From positions 75,653-139,652 of the forward strand of contig JAHFNC010000003.1 of NCBI GenBank assembly GCA_023267535.1: 64,000 bases of DNA. The letters are read 5' to 3'. Each line of letters opens with the position of its first letter. The stretch's first letter is position 1. Both the position numbers and the translations under genes were made by a program. The DNA is from a bacterium. Lineage in GTDB: Bacteria > Patescibacteriota > Minisyncoccia > Phycocordibacterales > UBA5272. The notes beneath the pieces are model-generated. The model searched no databases and was not told the origin of the DNA. It saw nothing but the letters and a program-made list of their open reading frames with translations. Positions 46,870 through 56,929 of this stretch are shown here, one piece after another.

Positions 46870-47961
46870 ATGAGATTTGAATGTAAGGGAGAAAACTTTT
46901 CTAATGTAATCCAGCAAGTGTCAAGAGCTAGAAGTAAAACCCAATCCCAAAACTACCTACAAGATGTGTTTCTAAATTTAGAAGATCACATCTTAACCTT
47001 GAGAGCTACTAATTTAGAAATTACCTGCGAAAAAAGTTTTTCCGTCAAAGGTATACAAAACGGTAGTTGTATTTTAAAAGGAGACACTTTGGTAAAAATA
47101 ATTCCATTACTTAAGAGGGAGAACACTGTTTTCTTTTGTGAATTAATCGATGGGGTTTTTTCTATTAAAACCGAAAAAGATATTGTTGAAATAAAAACAA
47201 CACCTTATGAAGACTTCCCAACATTACCACCACAAGGGGAATTAATTGGGAGTATTTCAATATTATCTTTATCAACTCTTTTAAGAGAAGTTTCTTTTTG
47301 TTCAGCTACTACAGAAATTAAACCAGAGATATCATCAATCTTTATATATTCAAAAGAAAAAGATTTGATTTCAGTAGCAACCGACTCATATAGATTGGCG
47401 GAAAAGGTTGTTAATAATGAAAATAATTTAAATATTTCGGTTTTAATACCACAGAAATACGTAGTTGATATTTTAAGTATTCTAAATGATGAAGAAGGTG
47501 AGATTTCTATATACAAAAAAGATGGGTTATTAACATTATCAAACAGTAATTTAAATCTTTGTATTCATATAATTACAGGAAACTTTCCAGATTACAGACA
47601 ATTATTTCCAAAAGAATTTTCAACAACTTGTTTGATTGATAAAGAAGAGTTACAGAAATCATTAACATTAACAACTTATTTCACAGAACAATATTCTCAA
47701 GTCAAATGTATTGTGAATGACAACAACGTTACCTTAAGTAGTAAAAATGAAAATATTGGTCAGGTTATTAATACAATCAAAACTGAAAAAGAGGGTGCTG
47801 ATATAGAAGTTAATTATAATAATAAATATTTCCTAGATGTCTTTTCTCATATAAACGGAAATAAAATAAAATTATCTTTTACTACAGCTAATAAACCAGT
47901 ATTTATGGAAGGCAATAATGATATTAGTTTTACATATCTTTTAATGCCCCTTAACAGATAA
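46870..47961 (+). CDS. dnaN: DNA polymerase III beta sliding clamp
   Basis: 363 aa, three-domain length. MRFECKGENFSNVIQQV start and its position right after dnaA. Confidence 0.85.
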   Translation: MRFECKGENFSNVIQQVSRARSKTQSQNYLQDVFLNLEDHILTLRATNLEITCEKSFSVKGIQNGSCILKGDTLVKIIPLLKRENTVFFCELIDGVFSIKTEKDIVEIKTTPYEDFPTLPPQGELIGSISILSLSTLLREVSFCSATTEIKPEISSIFIYSKEKDLISVATDSYRLAEKVVNNENNLNISVLIPQKYVVDILSILNDEEGEISIYKKDGLLTLSNSNLNLCIHIITGNFPDYRQLFPKEFSTTCLIDKEELQKSLTLTTYFTEQYSQVKCIVNDNNVTLSSKNENIGQVINTIKTEKEGADIEVNYNNKYFLDVFSHINGNKIKLSFTTANKPVFMEGNNDISFTYLLMPLNR

Positions 47962-47988
47962 ATAACACATCTAGTAGGTTAATATTTT

Positions 47989-48243
47989 TTGCTGTATTAT
48001 TTAGATATGGATGATTCTTTATTTTCTAAATATAAGAAAAAAATAGACGAATACAGTAATTTAAAGAGGTTTTTAATTGAGACTGTTGAAACTGAGACTG
48101 GTTTAAAATTAGAAGAAGATGAAATAAATATTTTAGATAAAGATATAAGGTTAAATATATCCTCCACTAAGAGGGCATTTATTTTTAAATCTAAACTAAG
48201 AGACGCTTTAAAAGAGAAAGGGTTTAATCTATTGAGTTATTAA
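47989..48243 (+). CDS. hypothetical small protein (post-dnaN position; possibly DUF721/S4-like)
   Basis: 84 aa ORF with plausible spacing. No motif assigned. Confidence 0.4.
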   Translation: MLYYLDMDDSLFSKYKKKIDEYSNLKRFLIETVETETGLKLEEDEINILDKDIRLNISSTKRAFIFKSKLRDALKEKGFNLLSY

Positions 48244-48303
48244 CGATGTAAAGCGAGAGAAGAGAAAAAGGTTTAATATCTCGTCAGCTTGCTGTGAGGA
48301 ACC
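48238..48303. repeat. repeat family B, short copy
   Basis: TTATTAACGATGTAAAGCGAGAGAAG-N16-CTCGTCAGCTTGCTGTGAGG lies between convergent gene ends and overlaps the C-terminal codons of the PBP gene. Confidence 0.45.
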
Positions 48304-48307
48304 TTTA

Positions 48308-50467
48308 CTAATTCGTAGTGGTAGCTGTTATAGGGGTTATTAATTGAGGTTGTTGATTGGCGCAATTTATACCATTCTTTTTTATCCAATTTTGTATTCC
48401 TGTCTCCCAAAGATTATATTGAGGGTCAGATTCTGGATTATTTGGGATAGGACCGTCCGGATTATTCTTATCTACATATTTTAGTATTGTGTGTATGCCG
48501 TCCCCATTGCAATACATTCCCCGTAAAATAGGCTTCTGTGATGTGTTTGGGTCAGGATCAGGAAAATACTCAACTGGCTTATCTTGTAGCGCTGTGGCCA
48601 TTGCTTTGTGCCAAACTGGAGCCAAGACAAAACCAGCCACCTTTTTATCAATTGGGGTATTGTCATTATTTCCTCCCCACATTCCAATAACAATAGATGG
48701 GGTATAACCCATAACCCAAACATCGCGATAATCATTTGTGGTTCCTGTTTTAACAGCTACAGGTATATCTTTAAAATACAAGGCTGAGTTTGCTCCATAT
48801 GAAGGTATTCTAGCGTTATCGTCAGACAAAACACTTGAAATAAGAGATGTAACATTTGGAGATAAAACATCGGTTTGATTTTGACTAAACTTTTCTAATA
48901 AATTATTATCGCCATCTCTAACTTCCAAAATCCCAACCGGCTTATTATAAGAACCATTATTTGCAAAAACTCCGTAAGCATTTGTTAATTCAAGTAAGGT
49001 TACTTCACCTCCACCTAAAACAAGAGATAGTCCATAACGAGATGGATCGTTAATCGTTGATAATCCCATTTTTTGGGCTAAATCAATAGCATTATTTATA
49101 CCAACAAGATAAAGAAGTTTAACGGATGGAACGTTTAAAGATTGGGCAAGGGCTTCACGCAGAGATACCGGTCCTCTAAATTTACCATCATAATTATCTG
49201 GCATATAACAATCATCAGTTTTTGCACCGGCAAGGGGAGTGCCGTATGCGTCACATCTAGAACTAAACTGTGTCTGAGAATCAAACAAAACAGTCTCAGG
49301 TGTATAACCCAATTCAAAAGCCTTGGAATAAACTATTGGCTTAAAGGATGATCCTGGTTGGCGGTCAGCGGTTGCAATATTATATTGTCCTGGAATTTCG
49401 GTATCAAAAAAATCACGCGACCCGACCATGGAAAGAATTTGTCCATTGTGAGGGTCTATTGCGACTAAAGCCATGTTCTTGGCATTGAATTTTTTCTCAT
49501 TTTCCAAGGCTCCAGTTTTTACTATGTCTTCTAATTTACTTTGCATATCATAGTCCAATGTAGATATAACTTTAAGTCCACCATTTAGAACTACATCTTT
49601 ACCATATTTTTCTTCTAAATATTCTCTTAAGTACATAACAAAATGAAGAGCCTTTCCGTGACCACTGTTGTCTTCTGAGAAAGCTACCACCTCTTTCTGA
49701 GCTTGTTCTTTTTCTGTCGCTGTTATATAACCTTGCTCGAACATTTTTTGTAATACTAAATTCTTTCTTTGATCAAGAGCAGTTCTGTGTTTTCCGTAAG
49801 GGGAATAATAAGTAGGGGATTGTGGAAGGGAGGCGAGATAAGCGGCTTCGGCAATATCTACATCTTTAGCATGCTTTCCGAAATAGGTTAGAGCTGCCTC
49901 CTCAACACCGTAAACAGTTCCACCATAAGGACTTTCATTTAAATAAATTTGAAGAATTGTATTCTTATCAACCTGAGAATCTAATTTTATTGATAGTAGT
50001 ATTTCTTTTAATTTTCTGGTGACGGTTTTTTCTCTAGACAGAAGGGCGTTTTTTACAACTTGTTGATCAATAGTTGATCCACCTTGGGAATAGCCACCAG
50101 AAGTTAGGTTCGCAATCACCGCCCTTATGAAAGAAGTTGGTCTAAATCCATGATGTTCATAAAAATGAATATCTTCTATAGAAATTGTGGCTTGTCTTAT
50201 GTAAGGGCTAATTTCATCAAAAGGTATTTCTGTTCTTTTTATATTGTCATGAATATTATATAGGACTATTTTTCCAGTTCTATCATAGATTTTTGTTGAG
50301 TTTGAAATCGATCTATTTTCGAAGTTATTAAAATCTGGCAACTGTAATGTTGATGCCCAAATTACTAAAACGGCAGCCATAAGAACACCTAATGAGAATA
50401 GGACTAAAAATATTTCTTTAAAGATTTTTCTTTTAATGTGATGTTTTCGGCTAGAGACATTTGTCAT
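48308..50467 (-). CDS. class A penicillin-binding protein (PBP1A; glycosyltransferase plus transpeptidase)
   Basis: N-terminal TM, GT51 motifs (EDIHFYEHHGF, RQATISIED), transpeptidase SSFKP (SxxK) and KTGTT. Confidence 0.85.
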   Translation of the reverse strand: MTNVSSRKHHIKRKIFKEIFLVLFSLGVLMAAVLVIWASTLQLPDFNNFENRSISNSTKIYDRTGKIVLYNIHDNIKRTEIPFDEISPYIRQATISIEDIHFYEHHGFRPTSFIRAVIANLTSGGYSQGGSTIDQQVVKNALLSREKTVTRKLKEILLSIKLDSQVDKNTILQIYLNESPYGGTVYGVEEAALTYFGKHAKDVDIAEAAYLASLPQSPTYYSPYGKHRTALDQRKNLVLQKMFEQGYITATEKEQAQKEVVAFSEDNSGHGKALHFVMYLREYLEEKYGKDVVLNGGLKVISTLDYDMQSKLEDIVKTGALENEKKFNAKNMALVAIDPHNGQILSMVGSRDFFDTEIPGQYNIATADRQPGSSFKPIVYSKAFELGYTPETVLFDSQTQFSSRCDAYGTPLAGAKTDDCYMPDNYDGKFRGPVSLREALAQSLNVPSVKLLYLVGINNAIDLAQKMGLSTINDPSRYGLSLVLGGGEVTLLELTNAYGVFANNGSYNKPVGILEVRDGDNNLLEKFSQNQTDVLSPNVTSLISSVLSDDNARIPSYGANSALYFKDIPVAVKTGTTNDYRDVWVMGYTPSIVIGMWGGNNDNTPIDKKVAGFVLAPVWHKAMATALQDKPVEYFPDPDPNTSQKPILRGMYCNGDGIHTILKYVDKNNPDGPIPNNPESDPQYNLWETGIQNWIKKNGINCANQQPQLITPITATTTN

Positions 50468-50552
50468 TGTTAAATAATAACAAAATCGCCTGACGGTTAC
50501 TAGTTAACAGTCAAGCTAGCAACCAATAATTCAGTGTGTTAGTATATTATTT

Positions 50553-51746
50553 ATGGGAAAAGTTATTACTGATGAAGAAAAAATAGATGAAATTTTATCT
50601 CGTGGAGTTGAGGATGTTATTGTCCGTGAAGAATTAAAAAAAGAATTAATGTCTGGTCGTGTTCTGAGAATTAAACTCGGAATTGACCCAACTTCTGGAA
50701 AGATACATATTGGACGAGCTGTCCCGCTTCGCAAATTAAGAGAGTTTCAACTACTTGGACATCAAATTGTTTTGATTATTGGGGATTTTACTGCTCAAGT
50801 CGGAGATGCTTCTGATAAAAGTGAAAAACGCCCAATGCTTACTCGCGCAGAGATTGATGAAAATCTAAAAGATTATAAGAGTCAGATTTCAAAAATTATT
50901 GATATATCTAAAACAGAATTTGTATACAACAGTGATTGGCTGTCAAAGCTTACTTTCGGAGAGCTTGTGATATTAGCAGAATGTTTTTCGGTTCAACAGA
51001 TGCTGGCTCGTAGAAATTTTAAAGAGAGGTATGACAATGGAAAAGAAATTTCTCTTCGTGAATTTTTGTATCCAATTATGCAAGGATATGATTCTGTTGC
51101 AGTTAAGTCAGATGTTGAAATTGGCGGATTTGACCAACTTTTTAATTTAAAAGCTGGAAGAATAATCCAAGAACACTACGGAATGCCAAAACAAAACATT
51201 ATTACGTTTTCTATGTTGGAGGGCACAGACGGCAGGAAAATGTCTTCTTCTTGGGGCAACATTATTTCTATAGTAGATGACCCTCGTGACATGTTTGGAA
51301 AAGTTATGGCCGTACACGACGATTTAATTATCAAATACTTCACTCTGTGCACCGATGTGTCATTAAAAGAAATAAAAAGTATTCAGAAAGAATTGAAAAG
51401 CGGAGCAAATCCACGAGACGTCAAAATGAGATTGGGTGTTGAGCTTGTCACTCTCTATCATTCCGAAAAAGACGCAGCTCTCGCTAAAAATTCTTGGGTA
51501 GAGACTTTTTCTAAAGGAGGTGTGCCAGATAATTTATTAGAAATTAAAGCAAGCGACACGGTAGAAATAGCAGATGTTCTTATTGAGAATAAAATTGTAG
51601 CATCAAAAACGGAATGGCGACGTTTGGTTAGTGACAAAGCCATCACAGACATTGATGGAAATATTATTTCTGATCCAAAAGAGAAAGCTAGAAATGTCAC
51701 ATTAAAAATTGGAAAGAAAAGATTTGCAAAGATATTGGTTGATTAA
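50553..51746 (+). CDS. tyrS: tyrosine--tRNA ligase
   Basis: Class I HIGH motif (GIDPTSGKIHIGRAV), KMSSS (KMSKS), C-terminal S4-like domain. Confidence 0.9.
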   Translation: MGKVITDEEKIDEILSRGVEDVIVREELKKELMSGRVLRIKLGIDPTSGKIHIGRAVPLRKLREFQLLGHQIVLIIGDFTAQVGDASDKSEKRPMLTRAEIDENLKDYKSQISKIIDISKTEFVYNSDWLSKLTFGELVILAECFSVQQMLARRNFKERYDNGKEISLREFLYPIMQGYDSVAVKSDVEIGGFDQLFNLKAGRIIQEHYGMPKQNIITFSMLEGTDGRKMSSSWGNIISIVDDPRDMFGKVMAVHDDLIIKYFTLCTDVSLKEIKSIQKELKSGANPRDVKMRLGVELVTLYHSEKDAALAKNSWVETFSKGGVPDNLLEIKASDTVEIADVLIENKIVASKTEWRRLVSDKAITDIDGNIISDPKEKARNVTLKIGKKRFAKILVD

Positions 51747-51750
51747 AATT

Positions 51751-51780
51751 AAAACCGCACGATGTGCGGTTTTAATTTTT
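51751..51780. terminator. bidirectional rho-independent terminator
   Basis: AAAACCGCACGATGTGCGGTTTTAATTTTT. Confidence 0.75.
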
Positions 51781-51964
51781 ACCAGTAATCCTCGTCATCT
51801 GCTTTGAAAGCGATATCCACTTCGTCATCCTCTTCATCATCTAAATCTTTAGGTACCAACTCCTCCTCATCTTCGGTGATTATTATCTCCTCAGCAAAAA
51901 CAGCCTCCAAAGTATCTGGACTTATCTCGTCTACGCTCTTCTTTTTTAATTCATCTTCCTCCAT
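51779..51964 (-). CDS. hypothetical very acidic small protein (61 aa, ending in DEDYW)
   Basis: ORF co-oriented with ruvC and just downstream of it. Protein is about 45 percent Asp/Glu. No SD, so coding status is uncertain. Confidence 0.3.
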   Translation of the reverse strand: MEEDELKKKSVDEISPDTLEAVFAEEIIITEDEEELVPKDLDDEEDDEVDIAFKADDEDYW

Positions 51965-52041
51965 ATTTTGTTAAAAACCAAGATAACATCTAATCAAAAT
52001 AGATGCAAGTTTTTGTGTGAATAAGTTTTCTTTTTCTTTAT

Positions 52042-52542
52042 TTAAATTCTTTTAACAATAGCGCTGTGAGTTAGTCCAATAGCGATGGCGTCAATCTCAT
52101 CATCTAAAAATTTCTTTTCGTTATCCATTTTGATTATCTTAAAAACCATCATAGAAACATCATCTTTGGAAGCTCGTCCGTAACCAGTTATAGCCACTTT
52201 AATCTCCGGTGGAGAGTATTCAAAGACGGACAATTTATATTTTTTTGCCATATAAAGACAGACTCCTCGAACTTCAGCCACAGTCATTACTGTTTTTTGA
52301 TTGGTAGTGAAAAAAAGTTTTTCTATAGCAAACTCAGAGGGCTTATGTTTCTTAATTATTTTTTCTATTTGTTCCCCGATAAAAAAAATTCTTTCTGATA
52401 AAGATTCAGCTCTTGAACTAATTATGCAATCTGAAAAAATAAGAGTTTCTTTTTGTCCTTCTTTATCTAAAATAGCCACACCTAATCTATCAAACCCAGG
52501 ATCTATGGCAATTATTCTTCTGAAGCTACTATTTATTTTCAT
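52042..52542 (-). CDS. ruvC: crossover junction endodeoxyribonuclease RuvC
   Basis: [18 protein letters not shown]-terminus (catalytic Asp) with the RNase H-like fold signature. Confidence 0.85.
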   Translation of the reverse strand: MKINSSFRRIIAIDPGFDRLGVAILDKEGQKETLIFSDCIISSRAESLSERIFFIGEQIEKIIKKHKPSEFAIEKLFFTTNQKTVMTVAEVRGVCLYMAKKYKLSVFEYSPPEIKVAITGYGRASKDDVSMMVFKIIKMDNEKKFLDDEIDAIAIGLTHSAIVKRI

Positions 52543-53578
52543 TTTTCAAATATTCTTTGGCTTTCTCAGTTACTTTTCTTCCGCGAGGAGTTCTTTCTAG
52601 CATTCCAATTTGAATTAAATATGGCTCGATAACATCTTCAATGGTGGCTTCTTCTTCACCAATAGATGCGGCGATAGTGTTTAGTCCAACAGGTCCACCA
52701 CCAAAGTTTTTAATTATAGAATTAAGAACCATTCTCTCTGACATTCCCATGCCGTAATCATCAATTTCAAGTAAGTTAAGGGAAATGTCTACTATATCTT
52801 TATCTATGTTGGCTTTGTGGACTTGAGCGTAGTCTCTGGCTCTTTTTAAATAGTAGTTTGCAATTCTTGGAGTAAAGCGAGATCTTTTAGCAATTTCCAT
52901 TGCAGCAGCCTCACTTAATTCTGCTCCTAAAATTTTAGAACTTCTTTTTACAATTTCGGTGATTTCTTCATCTTTATAATATTGCAATCTGTAAACTCCT
53001 CCTGAGAATCTAGAACGAAGAGGGGAAGATAAAAGAGAGATGCGAGTAGTAGCACCAATTAATGTAAATGGAGGAAGATCAAGTTGTAGAGTTCTGGCTG
53101 ACGGCCCTTTACCAATCACAATGTCTAGCTTTCCTGATTCCATGGCTGGATATAAAACTTCTTCAATTAATTTATTTAATCGGTGTATTTCATCAATAAA
53201 CAAAACATCTCCCGGAGTGAGATTGGTTAATATGGCGGCCAAGTCTCCAACTTTCATAATGGCTGGACCACTAGATAGTTTTAAATTAGCGCCAAGCTCT
53301 TTAGTTATGAGGTGAGCTAGTGTTGTTTTTCCAAGTCCGGGAGGACCATATAAAAGAATGTGTTCAGGAGGGGAATTTCTTTCTTTGGCAGCAGTTAAAA
53401 GTATGTGTAAATTCTTTTTTATGGTCTCTTGTCCAATATAATCAGCAAAATTAGAGGGTCGCAGGGTAATATCTAAATGTTTTACATCCTCGCCATCTTC
53501 TCTTTTATCAGTATTTTTCATATTTTTATGGTTTGACAAAACTTTTTTATGTGTTAAAATCTCGTCAGAGCTTCTCAT
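52529..53578 (-). CDS. ruvB: Holliday junction branch migration helicase RuvB
   Basis: Walker [12 protein letters not shown], Walker [11 protein letters not shown], sensor and arginine-finger regions. Overlaps ruvC by 14 nt. Confidence 0.9.
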   Translation of the reverse strand: MRSSDEILTHKKVLSNHKNMKNTDKREDGEDVKHLDITLRPSNFADYIGQETIKKNLHILLTAAKERNSPPEHILLYGPPGLGKTTLAHLITKELGANLKLSSGPAIMKVGDLAAILTNLTPGDVLFIDEIHRLNKLIEEVLYPAMESGKLDIVIGKGPSARTLQLDLPPFTLIGATTRISLLSSPLRSRFSGGVYRLQYYKDEEITEIVKRSSKILGAELSEAAAMEIAKRSRFTPRIANYYLKRARDYAQVHKANIDKDIVDISLNLLEIDDYGMGMSERMVLNSIIKNFGGGPVGLNTIAASIGEEEATIEDVIEPYLIQIGMLERTPRGRKVTEKAKEYLKNENK

Positions 53579-53598
53579 TTAGAAGTTTCTTTTTGTCA

Positions 53599-53747
53599 GA
53601 ACCCATACATCTCTAAACAATCGGGTGCTTTGCACCCACACATCTATTTCAAAGGACGGTCTGGTTTTTAGATTTATCTAAAGACTGTATCTATCCTTAT
53701 GAAGGATTGTTCTTCACCAAGGGGTTGCTTAGAGGTGTATGGGTTTT
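53599..53747. repeat. 19-bp imperfect inverted repeat flanking a ~110-bp structured segment in the ruvB upstream region
   Basis: GAACCCATACATCTCTAAA (53599-53617) against TTAGAGGTGTATGGGTTTT (53729-53747), one mismatch. An internal hairpin GGGTGCTTTGCACCC is present. Confidence 0.4.
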
Positions 53748-53801
53748 AACTTTAATTTTATTTTTTAAAATAAAAGGTTAAAATTTCTTGTTTTATTCCG
53801 G

Positions 53802-55499
53802 TTATTCTTCTAAAAGATCAACTACTCGACTTATTTCGTCATATGTTGTAATACCTGCGAGTACCTTAATTATAGCATCTTCACGAAGAGTGGGGACTCC
53901 TTCTTTTGATATGGAATCCTTTATTTCTCTTTCGCTCGGATTTGTTACTAGAAGTCTTTCTATGTCCGGTGTCATAAATACGGCTTCAAAAATACCAGTT
54001 CGTCCGTTATATCCGCCAGAGCATTTTTCACAACCGACAGCCTTAAATATTTTATATTCAGTGCTTGGTATAAAACCACCCATTGATTCTTCTTTATGAT
54101 TTAATTTCATAGAGCCTAAAACATTTGTAATTATTCTCACTTCTTTTTCCGGAGCCACATATTCTTGTTTACAGTTTGGACATAAAGTTCTGATTAATCT
54201 TTGAGCTAAAGCAAGTGATAGAGCTGAGGCGATAACTTTTGGATTAACTTTTAAATCAATCAGACGGGGAATAGTTCCAGCGGCATTATTGGTGTGAAGT
54301 GTTGAAAAAACCAAGTGACCAGTTAGGGCGGCGTTTATAGCAACTTTTGCTGTATCTTCATCACGAATTTCACCAACCATAATTACATCGGGGTCTTGTC
54401 TAAGTGCTGCACGCAGACCTGAGAGGAAAGTGTAATTTTTTTCTTCCTCAACTTGAGTTTGAGTTATTCCTTCCAAGTGATATTCTACTGGGTCTTCAAT
54501 GGTGATGATTTTTATTTCAGTGGTATAAACTTTTCTTAAGAAAGCGTAAAGGGTAGTTGTCTTTCCAGAACCAGTAGGACCGGTTGTGAGTATCACTCCA
54601 TTTGGTCGAGCGAGCGCTCTTTCAATGAGTTGTTTTATTTTCGGACCAAAGGCAATGTTATCTAGATTAGACATTGAGTGTCTGGAGTCGAGCAATCTCA
54701 TCACAAAACTCTCACCATAATTCCCAGGGATAACTGACATACGAACTTCCACCTGAGCGTCTCCTAAGTCCATACTAAATCTTCCATCTTGAGCATTGGC
54801 TACGGTGGATAATTTTAGCTCGGCTAGAAGTTTTAATCTGTTGGTTATTTGTTTATTTAAATAAGTTGGTAGAAAAGTTATATCTTGAAGAACACCATTC
54901 ATACGATAACGAATTCTTAATTTATCTTTCTCAGGCTCAATATGAATATCAGAAGCATCAAATTTAAGAGCTCCAGCGAAAGTCAACTCTATTATCTTTG
55001 TTGTTTTATATAATTTTTCATTTTTTTCTATCGCCTGAAATAAAGCATCTAAATCTTTTGGTGTTTGAAATTGAGTCATCAAATCATCCATTTTCTTTTT
55101 TGTAAGTTGTATGACCCCGCTTTCCACTTTTGTGCTTTTCATTAAATCTATATAACGAGAATAAACATGTTCTAGCGAGGCATGAGAACAAAGAAAAAGA
55201 GCAGCTTCAAATCCTCTAGTCTCAAGAGGTTTCAAAATCTCTTCAAGTTTTGGATTATTTGGATTAACTGTTCCCACATATAATTTCTTGCCGACTATTT
55301 TAAAGGGAGCAAATTCTCCTTCTCTTGCATCTTCTTCTTTAACGACACGAAGAGCGTCTGGCTCAGGAGCAAGTCCGCGGAGATCAATATAGGGGAGTCC
55401 ATATTTGTCCGATAAGAGCTTTATTAAATCCTCCTCCTCGTCTTTACGTAATTCTTCAAGTTTATGATTTTGTATTGCGTCATCAAATACGATTGTCAT
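53802..55499 (-). CDS. pilB: type IV pilus assembly / type II secretion ATPase (PilB/GspE family)
   Basis: GspE N-terminal domain, Walker A TGPTGSGKTTTL, Asp box, Walker B IMVGEIRD, His box and the C-terminal tetracysteine CPNC...CEKC. Confidence 0.85.
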   Translation of the reverse strand: MTIVFDDAIQNHKLEELRKDEEEDLIKLLSDKYGLPYIDLRGLAPEPDALRVVKEEDAREGEFAPFKIVGKKLYVGTVNPNNPKLEEILKPLETRGFEAALFLCSHASLEHVYSRYIDLMKSTKVESGVIQLTKKKMDDLMTQFQTPKDLDALFQAIEKNEKLYKTTKIIELTFAGALKFDASDIHIEPEKDKLRIRYRMNGVLQDITFLPTYLNKQITNRLKLLAELKLSTVANAQDGRFSMDLGDAQVEVRMSVIPGNYGESFVMRLLDSRHSMSNLDNIAFGPKIKQLIERALARPNGVILTTGPTGSGKTTTLYAFLRKVYTTEIKIITIEDPVEYHLEGITQTQVEEEKNYTFLSGLRAALRQDPDVIMVGEIRDEDTAKVAINAALTGHLVFSTLHTNNAAGTIPRLIDLKVNPKVIASALSLALAQRLIRTLCPNCKQEYVAPEKEVRIITNVLGSMKLNHKEESMGGFIPSTEYKIFKAVGCEKCSGGYNGRTGIFEAVFMTPDIERLLVTNPSEREIKDSISKEGVPTLREDAIIKVLAGITTYDEISRVVDLLEE

Positions 55500-55637
55500 T
55501 TAATTATTATAACAGTTTAGATTGTGGAATATAGAAATAAAAAACAAAAATCGGGGAAAAGTAACTGGTTGACGAGTTCCGTATATTGTTGTATATTCCA
55601 CTTAGGAATGTTTTTTGATTTTTTGAAAGGAAGATAA

Positions 55638-56750
55638 ATGAAAAAAATGGCGTCGTTTACGTTTCTACTTTTTCTTTGGCCTCTTCTTGTAAGTGTGAAT
55701 GCTTATGGGGATGAGGGAATTCCAATCAGAACTCCTAGAGAGCTACCAAGTTCCTTGTCTAGTTATCAGACTTCAGGGACTTCCGGCTTTGACGGACTAT
55801 TTAGTAAGATTTTCGAGGCACGAAAGTTCCTCCTTAATTTTTCCAGAGAAAGAAGTTTTAGTGAGGAAAGATTGAATGTAGCGGTGTTAGATATCAATCA
55901 TCAAGACACCGCCAAAATATTAAGTATTAACCACTCTGGGAAAATAAGTTCCAAATACACCGAGTCTGGCACTTTTGTCGTTGATTGGGGAAATACCAAA
56001 TGCGGTGTTCCTCAAGTGATATCAAAACCTCCGGGATTCGTTGTTCTTGCTCTTCATCGCATGAGGTCAGATGGTTCAAGCACGACAGTTTACACTCCGT
56101 ACTCAAAATATATTGATACTCCGGAAATACGCAATGCTGGGTATCAGTATATAAGGCAAAACATTTTGTCGGCCGAACAAGAATTAAGAGATAGGGGTGT
56201 AGAGTCTCTTGCTTACCCAGGAAGATTAGTCGCAGACGTTGCACCACTTTCTCTTGCTTTACGACTTGCTTTGATTGAGCACATGGATCCGAACAGGTTT
56301 ACAAGAGAGTCAACTGAGAAATTGGTCAACGAAATCTTGGTTACCTCTGGCGTGAACATGTCTGACTCTTTCGGTTGTTCCGTTTCTTACGCTGGAGCTC
56401 GCGGACTGTTTCAGTTTATGGAGGGAACTTATTCAACAATTAGAAGGAAGTATGTTTCTGCTAATCTGATGCCTGACTTTCATGGTGGTATGAACAATCA
56501 CCACAATGCATCTAAGGCGGCGCTTTTGTTATTGGACACTGACTTAGCTTTCTTGCCTGAGGAAAAGAAAAGGTGGATGGTGAATAATCCAGAGCATCTT
56601 TTTGAATACTTGGCAGCGATGTATAACAGTGGAAGGCCGGCTAAACTCATATCTTTACATGGGGATAGTTGGCGAGAGCATCTTCCTGCCGAAACAAAAA
56701 AGTACCTTTTGGAATTAAGAGGAATAAACAGAGTTTTGTCCTCGATGTGA
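55638..56750 (+). CDS. secreted lytic-transglycosylase-like (SLT domain) protein
   Basis: Signal peptide (MKKMASFTFLLFLWPLLVSVNAYG). C-terminal RESTEK...YAGARGLFQFMEGTYSTI matches the SLT catalytic Glu and the GLMQ.M..T motif. Confidence 0.5.
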   Translation: MKKMASFTFLLFLWPLLVSVNAYGDEGIPIRTPRELPSSLSSYQTSGTSGFDGLFSKIFEARKFLLNFSRERSFSEERLNVAVLDINHQDTAKILSINHSGKISSKYTESGTFVVDWGNTKCGVPQVISKPPGFVVLALHRMRSDGSSTTVYTPYSKYIDTPEIRNAGYQYIRQNILSAEQELRDRGVESLAYPGRLVADVAPLSLALRLALIEHMDPNRFTRESTEKLVNEILVTSGVNMSDSFGCSVSYAGARGLFQFMEGTYSTIRRKYVSANLMPDFHGGMNNHHNASKAALLLLDTDLAFLPEEKKRWMVNNPEHLFEYLAAMYNSGRPAKLISLHGDSWREHLPAETKKYLLELRGINRVLSSM

Positions 56751-56756
56751 GTTTTA

Positions 56757-56787
56757 TACCCGTGATTTAGGTCACGGGTATTTTTAT
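56757..56787 (+). terminator. rho-independent terminator
   Basis: ACCCGTGATTTAGGTCACGGGTATTTTTAT. Confidence 0.7.
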
Positions 56788-56831
56788 AATTTAATGGGTA
56801 AAAAAGCCTTTAAAATAGGGCTTAATTTCCC

Positions 56832-56859
56832 TTGACTTTTCCTTAAAAATATGTATAAT
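56832..56859 (+). promoter_or_regulatory. sigma-70 consensus promoter TTGACT-16-TATAAT
   Basis: TTGACTTTTCCTTAAAAATATGTATAAT lies ~70 bp upstream of the GGAGG SD and the ATG at 56930. Confidence 0.5.
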
Positions 56860-56929
56860 ATTAAGTAGCTTTACAGGGTTGAATTTAGCTCTGTTTTCAC
56901 AGGTTCTTTCACAAATTGGAGGTTCTAAA

